Part shown: one piece after another, positions 33,440 to 45,827 of the stretch
Layout: every line of letters starts with the position of its first letter
How positions within the stretch are numbered: position 1 is the stretch's first letter
DNA from: Rhizophagus irregularis
Lineage: Eukaryota
Length of the DNA: 64,000 bases
Direction: 5' to 3'
NCBI RefSeq assembly: GCF_026210795.1
Contig: NC_089432.1
Span: forward strand, 3,658,001-3,722,000
The notes under the pieces: model-generated
What the model was told of the DNA's origin: nothing
The model's database searches: none
The model's input: only the letters and a program-made list of their open reading frames with translations
Position numbers and translations under genes: made by a program

Positions 33440-34913
33440 AATTTTTTTTTTTATTTATTATACTCAAAAGAATCGTAATATATCAATACAAAGAGAAGAC
33501 TAGATCTTTGATATACTCTAAATGATCAAAAAAGTTGCCTACTCGCATGCAAATATATCCCATGAGTTAACACACTATGCTAAAAAAAAGGAATCAGTAG
33601 CTAGCAGTAAAAGCAGAAAAACTCTATTCTAAATTCATATACTAACTAAACAGAGTAAATAAAGATTCTGAAAGAAACAAAAATTTTTATCTAAAAAAAA
33701 TAAAAATTAAAACTATATCCTTCACAAAAAATAATAAACTAACTCTTCATATATAGACCAAAAGTAGATTGCCCATTTCAGATCCTGTCTGTTAGCTTCT
33801 TTAGCATCTCCTTTAATTCTGTTACTTTTTTATAAAGTTTTCGCTTAAAGATATCCTTTTTATCTTCAGATTTGCAGTTCTGGTTCGAAGTATCTCTTGA
33901 GTTGTCTTTCTTTTTTTCTTGATCAATCTGTGTTCAAGTATTTAGGGAATTCTGTTGGTACCTGTGGCTTTATCCTTAAGGTTGGAATTCTTCTTCTAAA
34001 AGTTGTTGGGAAATTTGGACTTATCTTTGTTACTTAATTTATCCTTAGATTTCTGGGTAAAGTATGAAGAAGCGTGGCAGCATTAATCCAGAGTATTGCC
34101 ATCAATATTGTAAATTTTACCTATAAGATTGTTAAGATCTTCTCATTTTTCCAGGTAAATTACAATGTGCTTCTTTTCTTCTGTTGTAATAACTTTAAAT
34201 GCTTTAAAACTGTTAATTACCGTTAAAGTTGGATAGGTTTGGTTTTGATAAAACAGTGTTGCAGCTGTCATTAAATCTAAAATGTTATAGAGAGCTACTT
34301 GAAATCTCTCTCTTTCTTTTCTTTCATAAAGAGACTAAGTGGTAGGAAACTACTTCACTGGAATATTTTCTAATGGTGCTAACCAGGCTCCATTATTTCA
34401 TGTTTGTCTGCAAAGTTGATTTATTTTCCAAATAACTTTAATGAAGATAACTTTATTCCAGACTTCCAGATGGTGTAATAACTCTACATTTTTCCAAGTC
34501 AAAGGAATATCATATATTATGATATCATTGACATTGGCTAATACCAGTCCTGTTAGTTGATATCCCGTTATTATGTACATTGCCTCTTCCTCTATATCTT
34601 TATCTTTTTTATTTTTCTTCACCTTAGCTATAGGTGTAGGTTTAGGCTTAGATACAGATCCGCTTACTTCCAAGTCTTCTAGGGAACTTTGTAAGAAAAG
34701 CTTTTTCTGGTCCAGAAAGGCTTTATTGATGAAATCAGCAGTCTCAGCTTTCTGTTTAAGCTTTTTATTTTTTTTACATTTTCGTCTAAAGGGTGTTTGA
34801 AGTGGCATGGTAGTTACCATTATAAAAGGTTGTACATGTTGTGATTGATGCGATATGTTATCAGAAATTACTATATCTAAACATAGCAGGCTTTCTGATT
34901 TTTGAATAATCAC
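33440..34913 (-). pseudogene. Old, divergent relative of the ORF1-only element
   Basis: IITGYQ..NDIIIYDIPLTWKNVELLHHLEVW and GAWLAPLENIPVK*FPTT*SLYERKERERFQV align with copy C QILTGYE..DIIVYDIPYTW and YWTTDLGGIPVRWFPASWTLRERKQREKFQA. Ends KVTELKEMLKKLTDRI* (stop at 33778), then ~330 nt and an A-rich tail near 33440-33460. Confidence 0.75.
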
Positions 34914-37251
34914 ATGATGATCAGCATATGTGTTATTTTTAGTTTTTTATTTAATAAATTATCTGTTATGGCGCCATAATAAATAAGTAAAATTCACATT
35001 TTCTAGTAATTTTTAAATAATGTAATACTGACATAATTGTTTGTATATAGATATGCATTTTATTGGCTGAGTATCATATGTATCGCACATATGATAGCTG
35101 TACTAATTTATTTTAATTGTGCCACAAAAAATTTAATAGCGAAGGACGATAAAAAAAATTGATTCGTCAGGTCTTATTTAAACATATTACAAAGGAATCT
35201 GGCTATTAGAGGTGGAATCCAAAAGTTATAAACACTTGAAACCTTCTTATAAAACGAAAATAAGTATAGTACGTTTATATTATTTGGCTTTACAAAGAAT
35301 TTTTGACAAAAAATAGTTGGAATCAAATAAAGATATATTTTGTCACTTCAGGTTCTTTTTAAGTGTAAGTTATAAAGTTTTAAATAAGTTTAGTGTCAAA
35401 AAAATTCTTTATTGATAGAACTCCTTACCATTTAAAGTATCAGATAGGATTTTTAAAATTTTTTTTTCCTTTATTAATAAACTAATTATTTCTTTCTCTT
35501 TTTTAGGAGTTGACTTATGAATTTCATCAGTATATTCTATTAAAAGCTTAAACAACATCCTTTAAATAAAGTGAAAGGAGTTTTATGGTTACAATTATTG
35601 GTAAGAACTATAATTTAAATTTTGTGTCAGGTTTTGATTGTAATGACATTATCGTTAATTTATCAACATACACATATGCTAAATGAATAATTTTATATTC
35701 CTTTGAAAGATGTAAATGGGCTCTAATTTTGGAATTAAAAATCATGCAAATTGAATCATTAGATAAAAAGATATTTACGTTCAAATGCAAGAGTTTATGT
35801 CAAATTGATAGTAAATGTGTTGAGCGTATTTATTAATGAACCAATAATTCAATCAATGCGATTTTTAACTTTTTGGATAGATCTCATTCTCACCTTTCAA
35901 ATAAATATAAATTCATTTTTCTAGCATGCATATATGTTGAGTTATTTATGATTTTACAACAGGAATTATAATGGATTTTTAATTTATATGGAAGGTACAT
36001 ATTAAAATTCTTGAATTTATTTCAGATTCTAATAAAATTTTTTTTGCAAATATATTTTATTAATATTTATTAGTTTGCAAGATTTAAAGTACGATTATTA
36101 TGTGAGTTTTTAAATCTGCCAGTTATTTATATTAAAAAATTACGTAAAATGCATTAAATGAATAAAACTTTGTATGATTAAAATTTAAAGTGCAATAAAT
36201 TTATTTGAAGTCATTTTAATATGTAGAATTTTATGCAATGTCTTGTAACGGCATTTTATATCATGTGATAAAATCGGAAAATGATCAGCAAATTAATGTG
36301 ATAAATAAGAAAGCCCACTATGCTCTATATCTATAGAGTCTGAGACTCTAAGTTATCATCAGCTGAATCTGTGTCATCACAATCCAGTTCAAAACTCATA
36401 TCATTCTTTTCTTTTATTGGTTGGGTTTGTTGATCTTATTCCTGCTAGAAGTTTCCAGCAATTTTTGGGTAAATATGTCAAAAAGCTGTAGCAGCAGCCC
36501 CAATAGAGAAATCTTCGAAAAATGAAAAAATATGGGCAAAAATATTATTTTCCATATTATCACCTGTATTTGAACTAGAGCCTTTGAAAGAGTTGTGTTT
36601 TTCCTCTAGAAAGGATTTCAGTATAGAACTAAAGTCTTCTTATAAAATGTCTAAGCATTACTTATCTGTATAGAAGGATTTTCACTTCTTTTTCAATTTC
36701 TTCAGTAAAATAATTTACTGCTACATCTAATACTAATATGGTTGTAAAGCTGAAATATTGAACTCTTTAAATATGTGGTTTATTTTTTGCTTGCGTCAAC
36801 TTTTTTTAAGCACTTTCATTGAAAAACCAATTCTGCTTTCCGTGTGAAATTTTGAAAATGAGATCTACAAGAAAGAGTCCTCCCATATTTCTAATAAATA
36901 ATTTTAAAAGATAAAAAACAAATATATAATTAGTTATTTTAAAAAAAAATACTGTATATATCTTATTATTCATTTTACAACTATTTTACATTATAATTAC
37001 TTTTATTGTATATATTTTTTACAAAGAAAAAACAAATAAAATATTAAGTTTTTTCTTTTACTTACCACTTAAAAATAACTGCTATATATATTTATAAACT
37101 TTTTTATCACATTTAATAAAAGTGAATAGAAAAATGATGGAAAAATGATGGGTAGTAATGGGAAAAAAGAAGTGGTTATTAACGTTATTTTTGAATATTA
37201 ATTAAAAAAATTTCATTATTTTTTATTAAATCTGAGTTATATAAATATGTA

Positions 37252-37453
37252 TTATCCCCTGATCGGCACCATTTACACGATTATGCAAATGTAGTTATAT
37301 CTACTGGGTAGCAAAATTTATATGTATTTATTTATCCGTTTCTAGGAAATTTTGCGGTAAAAATTAACTATTGATTATACTATAATGGACTTTCGGCTGA
37401 TCATTTATCCAATCCTAGTAAAATTTTACTTATTCCTAATTAGCCAGGAGATA
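37252..37453. mobile_element. Non-autonomous Crypton derivative (~200 bp)
   Basis: Left ~90 bp match 15271-15360. Right ~60 bp match the reverse complement of 17174-17233 and end in TAGCCAGGAGATA-AGTAATAC. Confidence 0.8.
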
Positions 37454-37559
37454 AGTAATACATACATATTTAATTTAGATTTGTGTAATATTAATCTTAC
37501 TAAAATATTAAATTTTTATAAAAATCTTAATTTAGATTAATAATAGGTTTTTCTTTAAA

Positions 37560-38200
37560 TTTGTGTATTTTTACTTTTTTTTATTTTTGTTTCTTATATT
37601 TTATTTTATACTAAATACTAATTATATTCTATTCTTTATTTTATAGCTCTTTCGTAATTTTATTTATAAGTATTGTTCATTTTTTTTTAAATTTTGTGAA
37701 TTTTTTTTGTTTTTCTTCTCCTTTTTTGCATTTTTTCTTTCCTTTTTTTTTTATTTTCTTTTATTATTTTTTTTTTTATTATTTTTTATTTCTTCTTCTT
37801 TTTTTATTATTCTTTTTTATTTCTTTTTCTTTTTATTATTTTTTATATTCTTTTCTTCTTCTCTTTTTTTATTTTTTTTATTTTATTTTTTTTCTTTCTT
37901 TTCCTTCTTTTTTATTTCCCTAAGTAGTGTTTTACATAAATTAATTTATGTCACAGTATAACCCTAATTGATTTTTAAAAGATAAATGTATTTTATAAAT
38001 AACTTTTGAAAATACTAATTTTCTTTTATTATTTTTTTTTTATATTTTTTCATTATTTTCTTTTCTTATTTTTTTTTATCTTTTTTTTTGTTCTTTTATT
38101 ATCTCTTTTTATCTTATTTTTTTTTTAATATTTTTCATTTCTTATCATTTATTATTTTATTTCACTACTATTATTTTTTCAGATATATATAAATGCTTTA
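37560..38200. repeat. T-rich low-complexity tract
   Basis: Near-pure T/A/C runs that generate the spurious Phe-rich ORFs. Confidence 0.8.
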
Positions 38201-39010
38201 TAAAAATGAATTTTGCAGTAAATATTTTAAATACATCTAATTTTTATGACAAGACAATTAAAATAAAATATATCATAATAGGAATAATTGGAATATAAAA
38301 GATATTTTTTAAGCTTAGATACTAATAAAATAAGTTATAATAAAGTGATCACTATATTTTATATTTTTTTTATCTTTTATAATTTTTTGTTATCTTATTT
38401 ATTTATTGTTAAACATAATATATATTTCTTAATTTTGATTAATGTTTTTTAAAATAAGTTTTTATTGCTAAAAATTTATAACTAATTGTAAAATAAATAA
38501 TTTATTATTTTATTTATAAAATAAATGAAAGTAAAAATTGAGTTTTAATTATTAAGTTTTTTTTAATTAAAGTTTTTTTTTAATTATAAATTTAAATGAG
38601 AAATAGTATTATTCATCAAGATGAGAAATAAATTCACTTATTACTATAAATTTATAAATATAAAAATAATCATAAACTTTTAGTTAAGAAAAATATTTAT
38701 TACCTATAATATTAATGAATTTCTTGAGAATTCTGCACAAAAAAAATGGTTTGCAAATTTAGAAGTTACTTAACTTACTTCTTTATAAATATATAGTTAA
38801 GAATAATACTTATATCACATTTTATTAGCAATAAAAAATTATATGTATTTTATTTTAGTATATCAATCATTTAGTAATTGATTATATTAACAATAGTATA
38901 TATGCAAATTTTTTTTTTTTAAAAATTACATATTAAAAAAATAAAGCTAAATAATTTATTAATTTTCATTGATATATCTAATATATATATGATATATTAT
39001 TAGGCTGCAC

Positions 39011-39235
39011 TATACTTGTAGCCGAAACCTTTTTACGTGATTTTCGGCCACGTCTTTAAATCAAAATTAAATTAAAAAATGATAAAAATTAATCTCTACA
39101 TCCAGCCGAAACTATAATATAAAGTTTTTGGAGTTTCGGATGGATTACTGAATAGTTTTTAATAATTTATTATAATTAAATTACTGAAAGTCCGAAACCC
39201 TGTCCAGCTTCATGGAAGTTTTGGCTACATGTATA
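39011..39235. mobile_element. MITE with TATAC...GTATA termini and 8-bp TSD
   Basis: TIR TATACTTGTAGCCGAAAC / GTTTTGGCTACATGTATA. TSD GGCTGCAC at 39003-39010 and 39236-39243. Confidence 0.8.
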
Positions 39236-40187
39236 GGCTGCACTAATTTAATTTTTCATTTAATATATTCCCTTCCTTTGTTTTTGGATTTTTTATATAA
39301 AAAAAATACATGTAATTTAAGCTAAAATTAGACAAATCTTTAAATCTTAGTCAGAATTATTATCCAAAATTTTTACTTACTCTTTTAATGCCAAAATTAA
39401 TGGTAATTCTAAGTGGCCATGTATTTTATTTTATATCTTATTTTTTATTCCTTTTTTTCTCTTAGATTAGGATCCTCTATATTATGTTAAACAAAGAATT
39501 GGCTTGGAACTGCCTAATTATAAATTAATTATGTTAAACTAAAATTTTTGAATTTAAGTTAAATTTTATTGAGTTTTAATTATATATTATAAATTATTAT
39601 TTTTGGAAGTCATCATAATTTACAAATATATTGTATTTATTATAAGTAATAGGTTTAACTATATTATTATCATCAAAAATATTATTAAATTTGTTATATG
39701 TTATTTTTATATTTTTTATAGTTTTACATATTTTAGATTATCAAAATAAATTTTTTTTTTATTTGAATAAATGTATTTTATTTAATTTTTTTTAACTAGA
39801 AAAATGATTTTTTAATATTTCAGTAAATTATTTAATATTGATTAGTTTATTTAATTAGAATAGTATCAATTATCAATTACTTTTGTTATTATAGTTTTTG
39901 CATTTACAAAAAAATCCTATTCTTTAGTATCAATTTCTAATATTATTAGGAAATGAATATTACATTTACATTTATTAATATAGTTTATATTTGTATAAAT
40001 TATAAATTATAACTTGTAAAATAACTATATTATTTAGAATAGATATAACTAACCATCTTGAATATATTATAAGATTCTTGCTTAACGTTAACCTTTCAAT
40101 AATAATATATATATAAGTAGTATTAGATTTTAAACAGATTTTTAAACTTTGTTAAAATTTTGAATAAGTTTCTTAATACTATATATA

Positions 40188-40609
40188 TGGTGCATATCAC
40201 CTAATCTTATCAAATAAAATTAGTGATTTTAAAAAGCTAACTACTTGTTAAAATTATATGATAATTAAAAATGTAAACCGATAAAATTACACTTTGTCTT
40301 TCAAATTATTGGATTACTTTTTCTTTATCTAACATATTTCAAAAGTTATTAAAGTTTAAAGTTAGCATATTTTTATATATCTCTATATTAACTTATATAT
40401 AAATGAGAAAATTTCAGAATTATTCTATCATGTGATATTGATTATAACCAATTATATTGATTTATTTGTTATAATAAATTGTGATCAAGATTTTAATTAC
40501 TAAATAAAGTTAGACTATTGCCTTATTTAGAAGTAATAAATCCTAATTTAATAATGATCATCATAAAATAAAAATTCGGACTATTGATGAGTTTAGGTGA
40601 TATGCACCA
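40188..40609. mobile_element. TA-flanked MITE (Tc1/mariner-like)
   Basis: TIR TGGTGCATATCACCTAA / TTAGGTGATATGCACCA, TA on both sides. Confidence 0.8.
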
Positions 40610-41347
40610 TAGACTTTTAATATTACATCAACTTTTGTATATGTACTTTTCATAGTATAATCTAAAATATTTACTTGATTTTTATTTTTATAAATATTGT
40701 AAAATTATAAAAAAATAAAAATTCTTAAATAACTTATAAATTATTATAGATATTTTGTTGATCTTATATAAGTAATTATTTTCAAATGAATTTCTATATA
40801 GTATTTATATGTATACTATAATCTGCATGTATATATAAATAAAAAAAATAAAACTTATAAAGTTTTTTTCACCTATCATTTCAAAAATTTGTAATATGAA
40901 TTCATAATTATTTTTCATGAACTATGATGAAATAATAAAATTATTTTATTATTAAAATTGATCAAAATACTAAAAAAATAATTTTTAATAATTTTGATAA
41001 TGAAGATATATAATATATGGTAATTTATTTATTAACAAGTTTTTTTGCAATTATTTCACCATCTAGCAGTCCAATTTCAATGAATTTTTATTTTATTTTA
41101 TAAAACATAAATGGGGCTATAAAATAAAAAAAAGTTTATGCAAATTAGATTATCAGATAGCAAACTAATTGTATTATAATATCAATATTTGTGTAAAAAT
41201 TGATGGAAATTTTGGTTCACTAATTTTAATAAGTAACTTCAATTCTAATCTTTAATTCTAATTTTTTAATTTTTTATAATCTCTAATTCTAATTTTTAAT
41301 CATATTCTAATAATACAAATTCTTTATATTAAATTAATTATAAATAA

Positions 41348-41726
41348 GGCCACTCCAATTTAATAGTTTGTTTAATGTACCCCACCCCCTTGTTTTTGAA
41401 AAATTTTTAAAAATAAATAAACATATGTTATATCACGTAACTTATAATAATATTACCAATCTGTATAATATTTAAAAGAATTTCTTTCCAGTGCATTTGA
41501 ATCTACCAAAGAAAATATTCCTAGTGGTATAATTAATGAAAGTAATATACGTAAATTTATTAATTGCATTATTTGTAATAAACTAAGATGTATTTTTATT
41601 AAAAATGCATTAAGTAATAAAGAAAAAACTATGTTTATTTTTAAATATTTACTTAATTTGATCCCTTCCCCTCCTCAATTTTATATAAAGTTAGAACGTT
41701 AAACAAACTATTAAATTGGAGTGGTC
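41348..41726. mobile_element. MITE with 3-bp TAA TSD (PIF/Harbinger- or Zator-like)
   Basis: ~28-bp TIR GGCCACTCCAATTTAATAGTTTGTTTAA / TTAAACAAACTATTAAATTGGAGTGGTC, TAA on both sides. Confidence 0.8.
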
Positions 41727-41769
41727 TAATGATTTAAAATTGAATTTAAAATAAAATTATAATTAATTA

Positions 41770-42151
41770 CAGTCAAAACTTGATATAGCAAACCCTTGAT
41801 ATAGTGAATTTTTCAAACAACTATAATAAATTTCCCTTCCTATAACGAATTAACCAATCAAATCTCTTAAATCTTTACTATAACCTTATAGCGAAGTTGA
41901 AGTTTGAACCCTAGGGTTCATTATATTAAATAAGAGTTGACTGTATATTTAATAATAAATAATAAAGAGAATAAATATACAGTTAACTTTTGTTATAACG
42001 AACCCTAGGGTCCAGACCTCAACTTCACTATAAGACTATAGTGAAGATTTTAAGAGATTTGATTGGTTAATTCGTTATAGTAAGGGGAAATTTATTATAG
42101 TTATCTGAAAAATTCACTATATCAAGGGTTCGCTATATCAAGGTTTGACTG
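41770..42151. mobile_element. Two ~175-bp pogo-type MITEs in inverted orientation (41770-41943 and 41980-42151)
   Basis: Each copy has CAGT(C/T)AA...TTGACTG termini with TA flanks. The two copies are near reverse complements of each other, 36 bp apart. Confidence 0.85.
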
Positions 42152-45100
42152 TATATGTAATTTCTATTACATTATAATATGAGTAATAAAATATATTTTT
42201 GCCTCTTTTGCAAATTTACTTAAGATGACAAAGGTTGTTTTGAATGTCATTTTTAATTTACTTGATAAAAACCATTTTTTTGTTTAGTGATTGGCAAAGA
42301 AATTTCCTTTTTTGAAAATTGCATAACCTTGTGTAACTCAATTTCAATTTTTGCCGGAGCAAAATTTTGGATTTGTGTAATATCACATGATATGAATTGA
42401 CCAATAAAAATGCGTCATTTCAAGATGTTATGTAAACAGGGTGCTCATAAAAAAGCGATTAAATCACGTGAATATGATCGCTTAATGCCTACCAGAATTA
42501 TTGTGATCACATGTTTCCCAGAAAATATACAAGTACCTTTACTAAAAAAAAAAGAAAAATGGACGGACTCCCGGACTCTTTTTTTATTTATTTATTTATT
42601 ATTATATTGACCAAACCAGTTTATTTATCATTGAGGAAAATTCCGTTCGGCAAAAACCATTTCTCGAAGTAACATTCTATTTATTTTAATACAATGAAAT
42701 AAATGAGAATAAAAAACATTCGGGCCGGAATATTGAAGTGAAAATTCTTTTTGTTTGTTTTTTTTATCCCCAACGGACCCAATTCGGAGTTATAAAATAA
42801 GAATAAAATTTATAAAGCGGGAATATGATAAATTGAATTAGCCGTTGTTATCGATAACTCAACTCCGGTTGTATAACATTTATTAAAAAAAGATGTTTTA
42901 AAAATGAACAATAGAAAATTTATTATAAAGTAGTACAAGAGATTGTAAAATTTCCGATTCGGAAATCAAACTGATAACTCTGATAAGTGATAATAATAAC
43001 AAAAAAAAAAAAAATTTTTTTTTGGAAACTAAATAAACTAAATGAAAAAACCAAATGAGTATTCGTTATTGTACAAATGAAAAAAGTAAAATAATAATAG
43101 TATACGTAATTTCCAATAATAATAAAAATAATAAAAATAATAATAACAATAAATAATAATAATAAAATAATAAATTGAAACTAAAATAAAAGATAACCAA
43201 AAATGGTAAAATTGAAATAAAAATGGATTTCGATCGTTGAGTCATATGTTATTTTTTATGTTACAAATTGTCGCAATATTACATAAAAAATATGTTTGTG
43301 ACATAAACAAGAAATTTTATATATCTAATCCAACCGCCCAAATAATAAATAATACGTTTCAATTTCTAAAAAGGTCTCACAAAAAATTATTTAATTATTT
43401 TAATATAAACATCATTTGATCTGTAACACATTTTCTCCTTTTTTTTTTTTTTATTTTCTGCGCTTATTTCAAAAGTTTCACCTATTGTTTTTTAAATGTT
43501 TGAGATTTTGATAACAAAGAAAAAAACGTGAGAAAAAAAAATTCCTAAACACATAAACTATATTTGAGGGGGAAAAGGAGGGGAAAGAAAATAAATTTTA
43601 CCATGTTTAGGAATTAAATGTTATAACCGAGGTTCGGATATTTAATTTCATTATGTATGTGAGGTATTTTTCTTTTTAATCCTAATTTTGAAAAATAAAC
43701 AAGGATTTTTTTAATTATTCTTTTTTTATTAAGATGAAAGCGCCAAATTGTAAAAAATAAGTTTTAAAAATATTATTAAAATGAAAAACAAATGTGATAC
43801 CATTTTGTTAAGAATTCTTTCTTCTTAGTAGCCCAGGCCCTGCCCAGCAGCCTTTAGAAAAAGTGGAAAATTCAATCGGATAATTCTAAAGATAGTGAAA
43901 ATTATTATGCAACATAATTTTGGCAATAATGACACTAACTGGTTTCTTACTAAAGTAAAAAGGCTAAGGATATTGCGGCCGGTAATATTAAGTATAATTA
44001 TATATTAATGACGGAACGGTAGAAATTTCTTAGGCGCTTTCCTAATTCTTTTGAAATGTTCTAATGCAGGATTTGATGATAATTGGGTAAGATATATTTA
44101 ATAATTGATTAAATGTGGCAAAGCATTTCTCAAATTAGAAATAGTAATCATCATTATGATAAATCAAACCGTGTGATATTTGAATACAAAAATCATAAAA
44201 ATCATAAGGAATCAAAAGTAAGAGAAATTATGCGAGTCTCGGATCCATCCGAACCAAAACATCTTCTTGTTTAGTGATAAAAAGAAATTTGCCGTTGTTA
44301 TGAACCGTTGTATTGTGGCTCCGTTCCGTCACAAAACTCCTTTTCACATTTTTAATCCTGAAATAAATTGGGGAACAATAAATTTTACCCAAAAAAGCTT
44401 AACAAACAGCATAACACATGTTTCTAATAGAGTTCTAATATTGATAATACATTATAATACATTAAAATCCATTATCATCCCTCTATTTATGGAAATTTAT
44501 TATAAAAAAATTAAAATAAATTTACACAAATTAATGATTCTTTTTTTAATAGTTCATCTTAAAAAAAAAAAAAAAAAAAAATCATATCAAGTCTTATGTA
44601 CATAATTTTGCATACCCGTCTTCTTCATTCCTTTTCCCTATGGTATTCATGTAAATTATATTACTCTTTATTTATTATTATTTTTTCATTTGTTTCCAAT
44701 AAGAATTTAATAAGTCACAAAATTATGACAAAGGATGAGAGTTAAATTTATTAAAATAAATAATAATAATAAAAATAATAAAAATTAAATTAGTTTGTGA
44801 ACCATTATTTAAATGTTGTGCTGCGGCCGATATGCCAAGTGATTATTGAAAACTACGGCAAAAAGCGGCCATTTAAAATAATCAAATTAATTTATTGAAT
44901 TATGCCAATGAAATAATAAAATTATAATCTATTTCCATAATAGGTTCATATGATTATAAAATAAAGTGATTTAACTCGATTTAATGTATTCATTTCCTTA
45001 TATGATGATTTCCCTGTATGAAAGGAGTTTTGTATAATAGAAACAAAAGGAGAAAGTAGGTGACTTTGCTTTTGTCTCTCATTACCGATTTTGTTACATA

Positions 45101-45827
45101 AATATATTAAACTATTTTAAACTATTTATACTATTATACTGTATATTAAATATATTTATTTATAAATAATCTATCATCATAATATGTATCACAGTATATC
45201 TTTTTACAATTGAACTGACTAAAATAAATACTTTTAGGTTCTCCTGATTTCCGGTCTTAGCAACAAAAAAAAAATATCAATTTCATTTTTTTCATTTTTA
45301 ATATAAAGGCCCTCCTTGGTTTTTTATCTCAATTGCTTTAAAAAGTTTTTTTTTTTTTTTTATTATTTGGTTTTTTTATATAAAGATAAACTTTATATAA
45401 TTATTTAAGACAATTATATATATATATAATCTTTATAATTGTAAATTCTATATAAAACCCCGCTTCTTTTTCAAATCGCGATAAAAAACATCTTTTGAAA
45501 ACTACGCGATTCTCTTTTTAATCAAATTCTTTATAAATAATTACTTTTTTCAAGTAATTCTTTACTCATTCACGATATTATAACTTATAAATCTTATTGA
45601 TATACTTTTTTGTATTGTATAGTATTAATTTACTTTACAATCTTTTGGTGATATCAATATCCTTTTTTTTTTCTTTAAAAAAAAAATTTTTACAATTTTG
45701 TCACGAATAACTTTTTTTGTGAAAAGAAAATTCACTGCCTTGATATTACTTCGTTTCTTTTTTTTTAACTCTTATTATACTTTTTTTTTAAAAAAAAACT
45801 TTTTATAATAAAGAAACTTAGTTAATC

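Noticed and set aside
37696..37961. Phe-rich membrane protein ORFs
   Set aside because: Products of T-rich low-complexity DNA.
45470..45515. MCB/SCB-like cell-cycle boxes (TCGCGA, ACGCGA) upstream of the cyclin
   Set aside because: Only short imperfect matches, and no transcription start is known.
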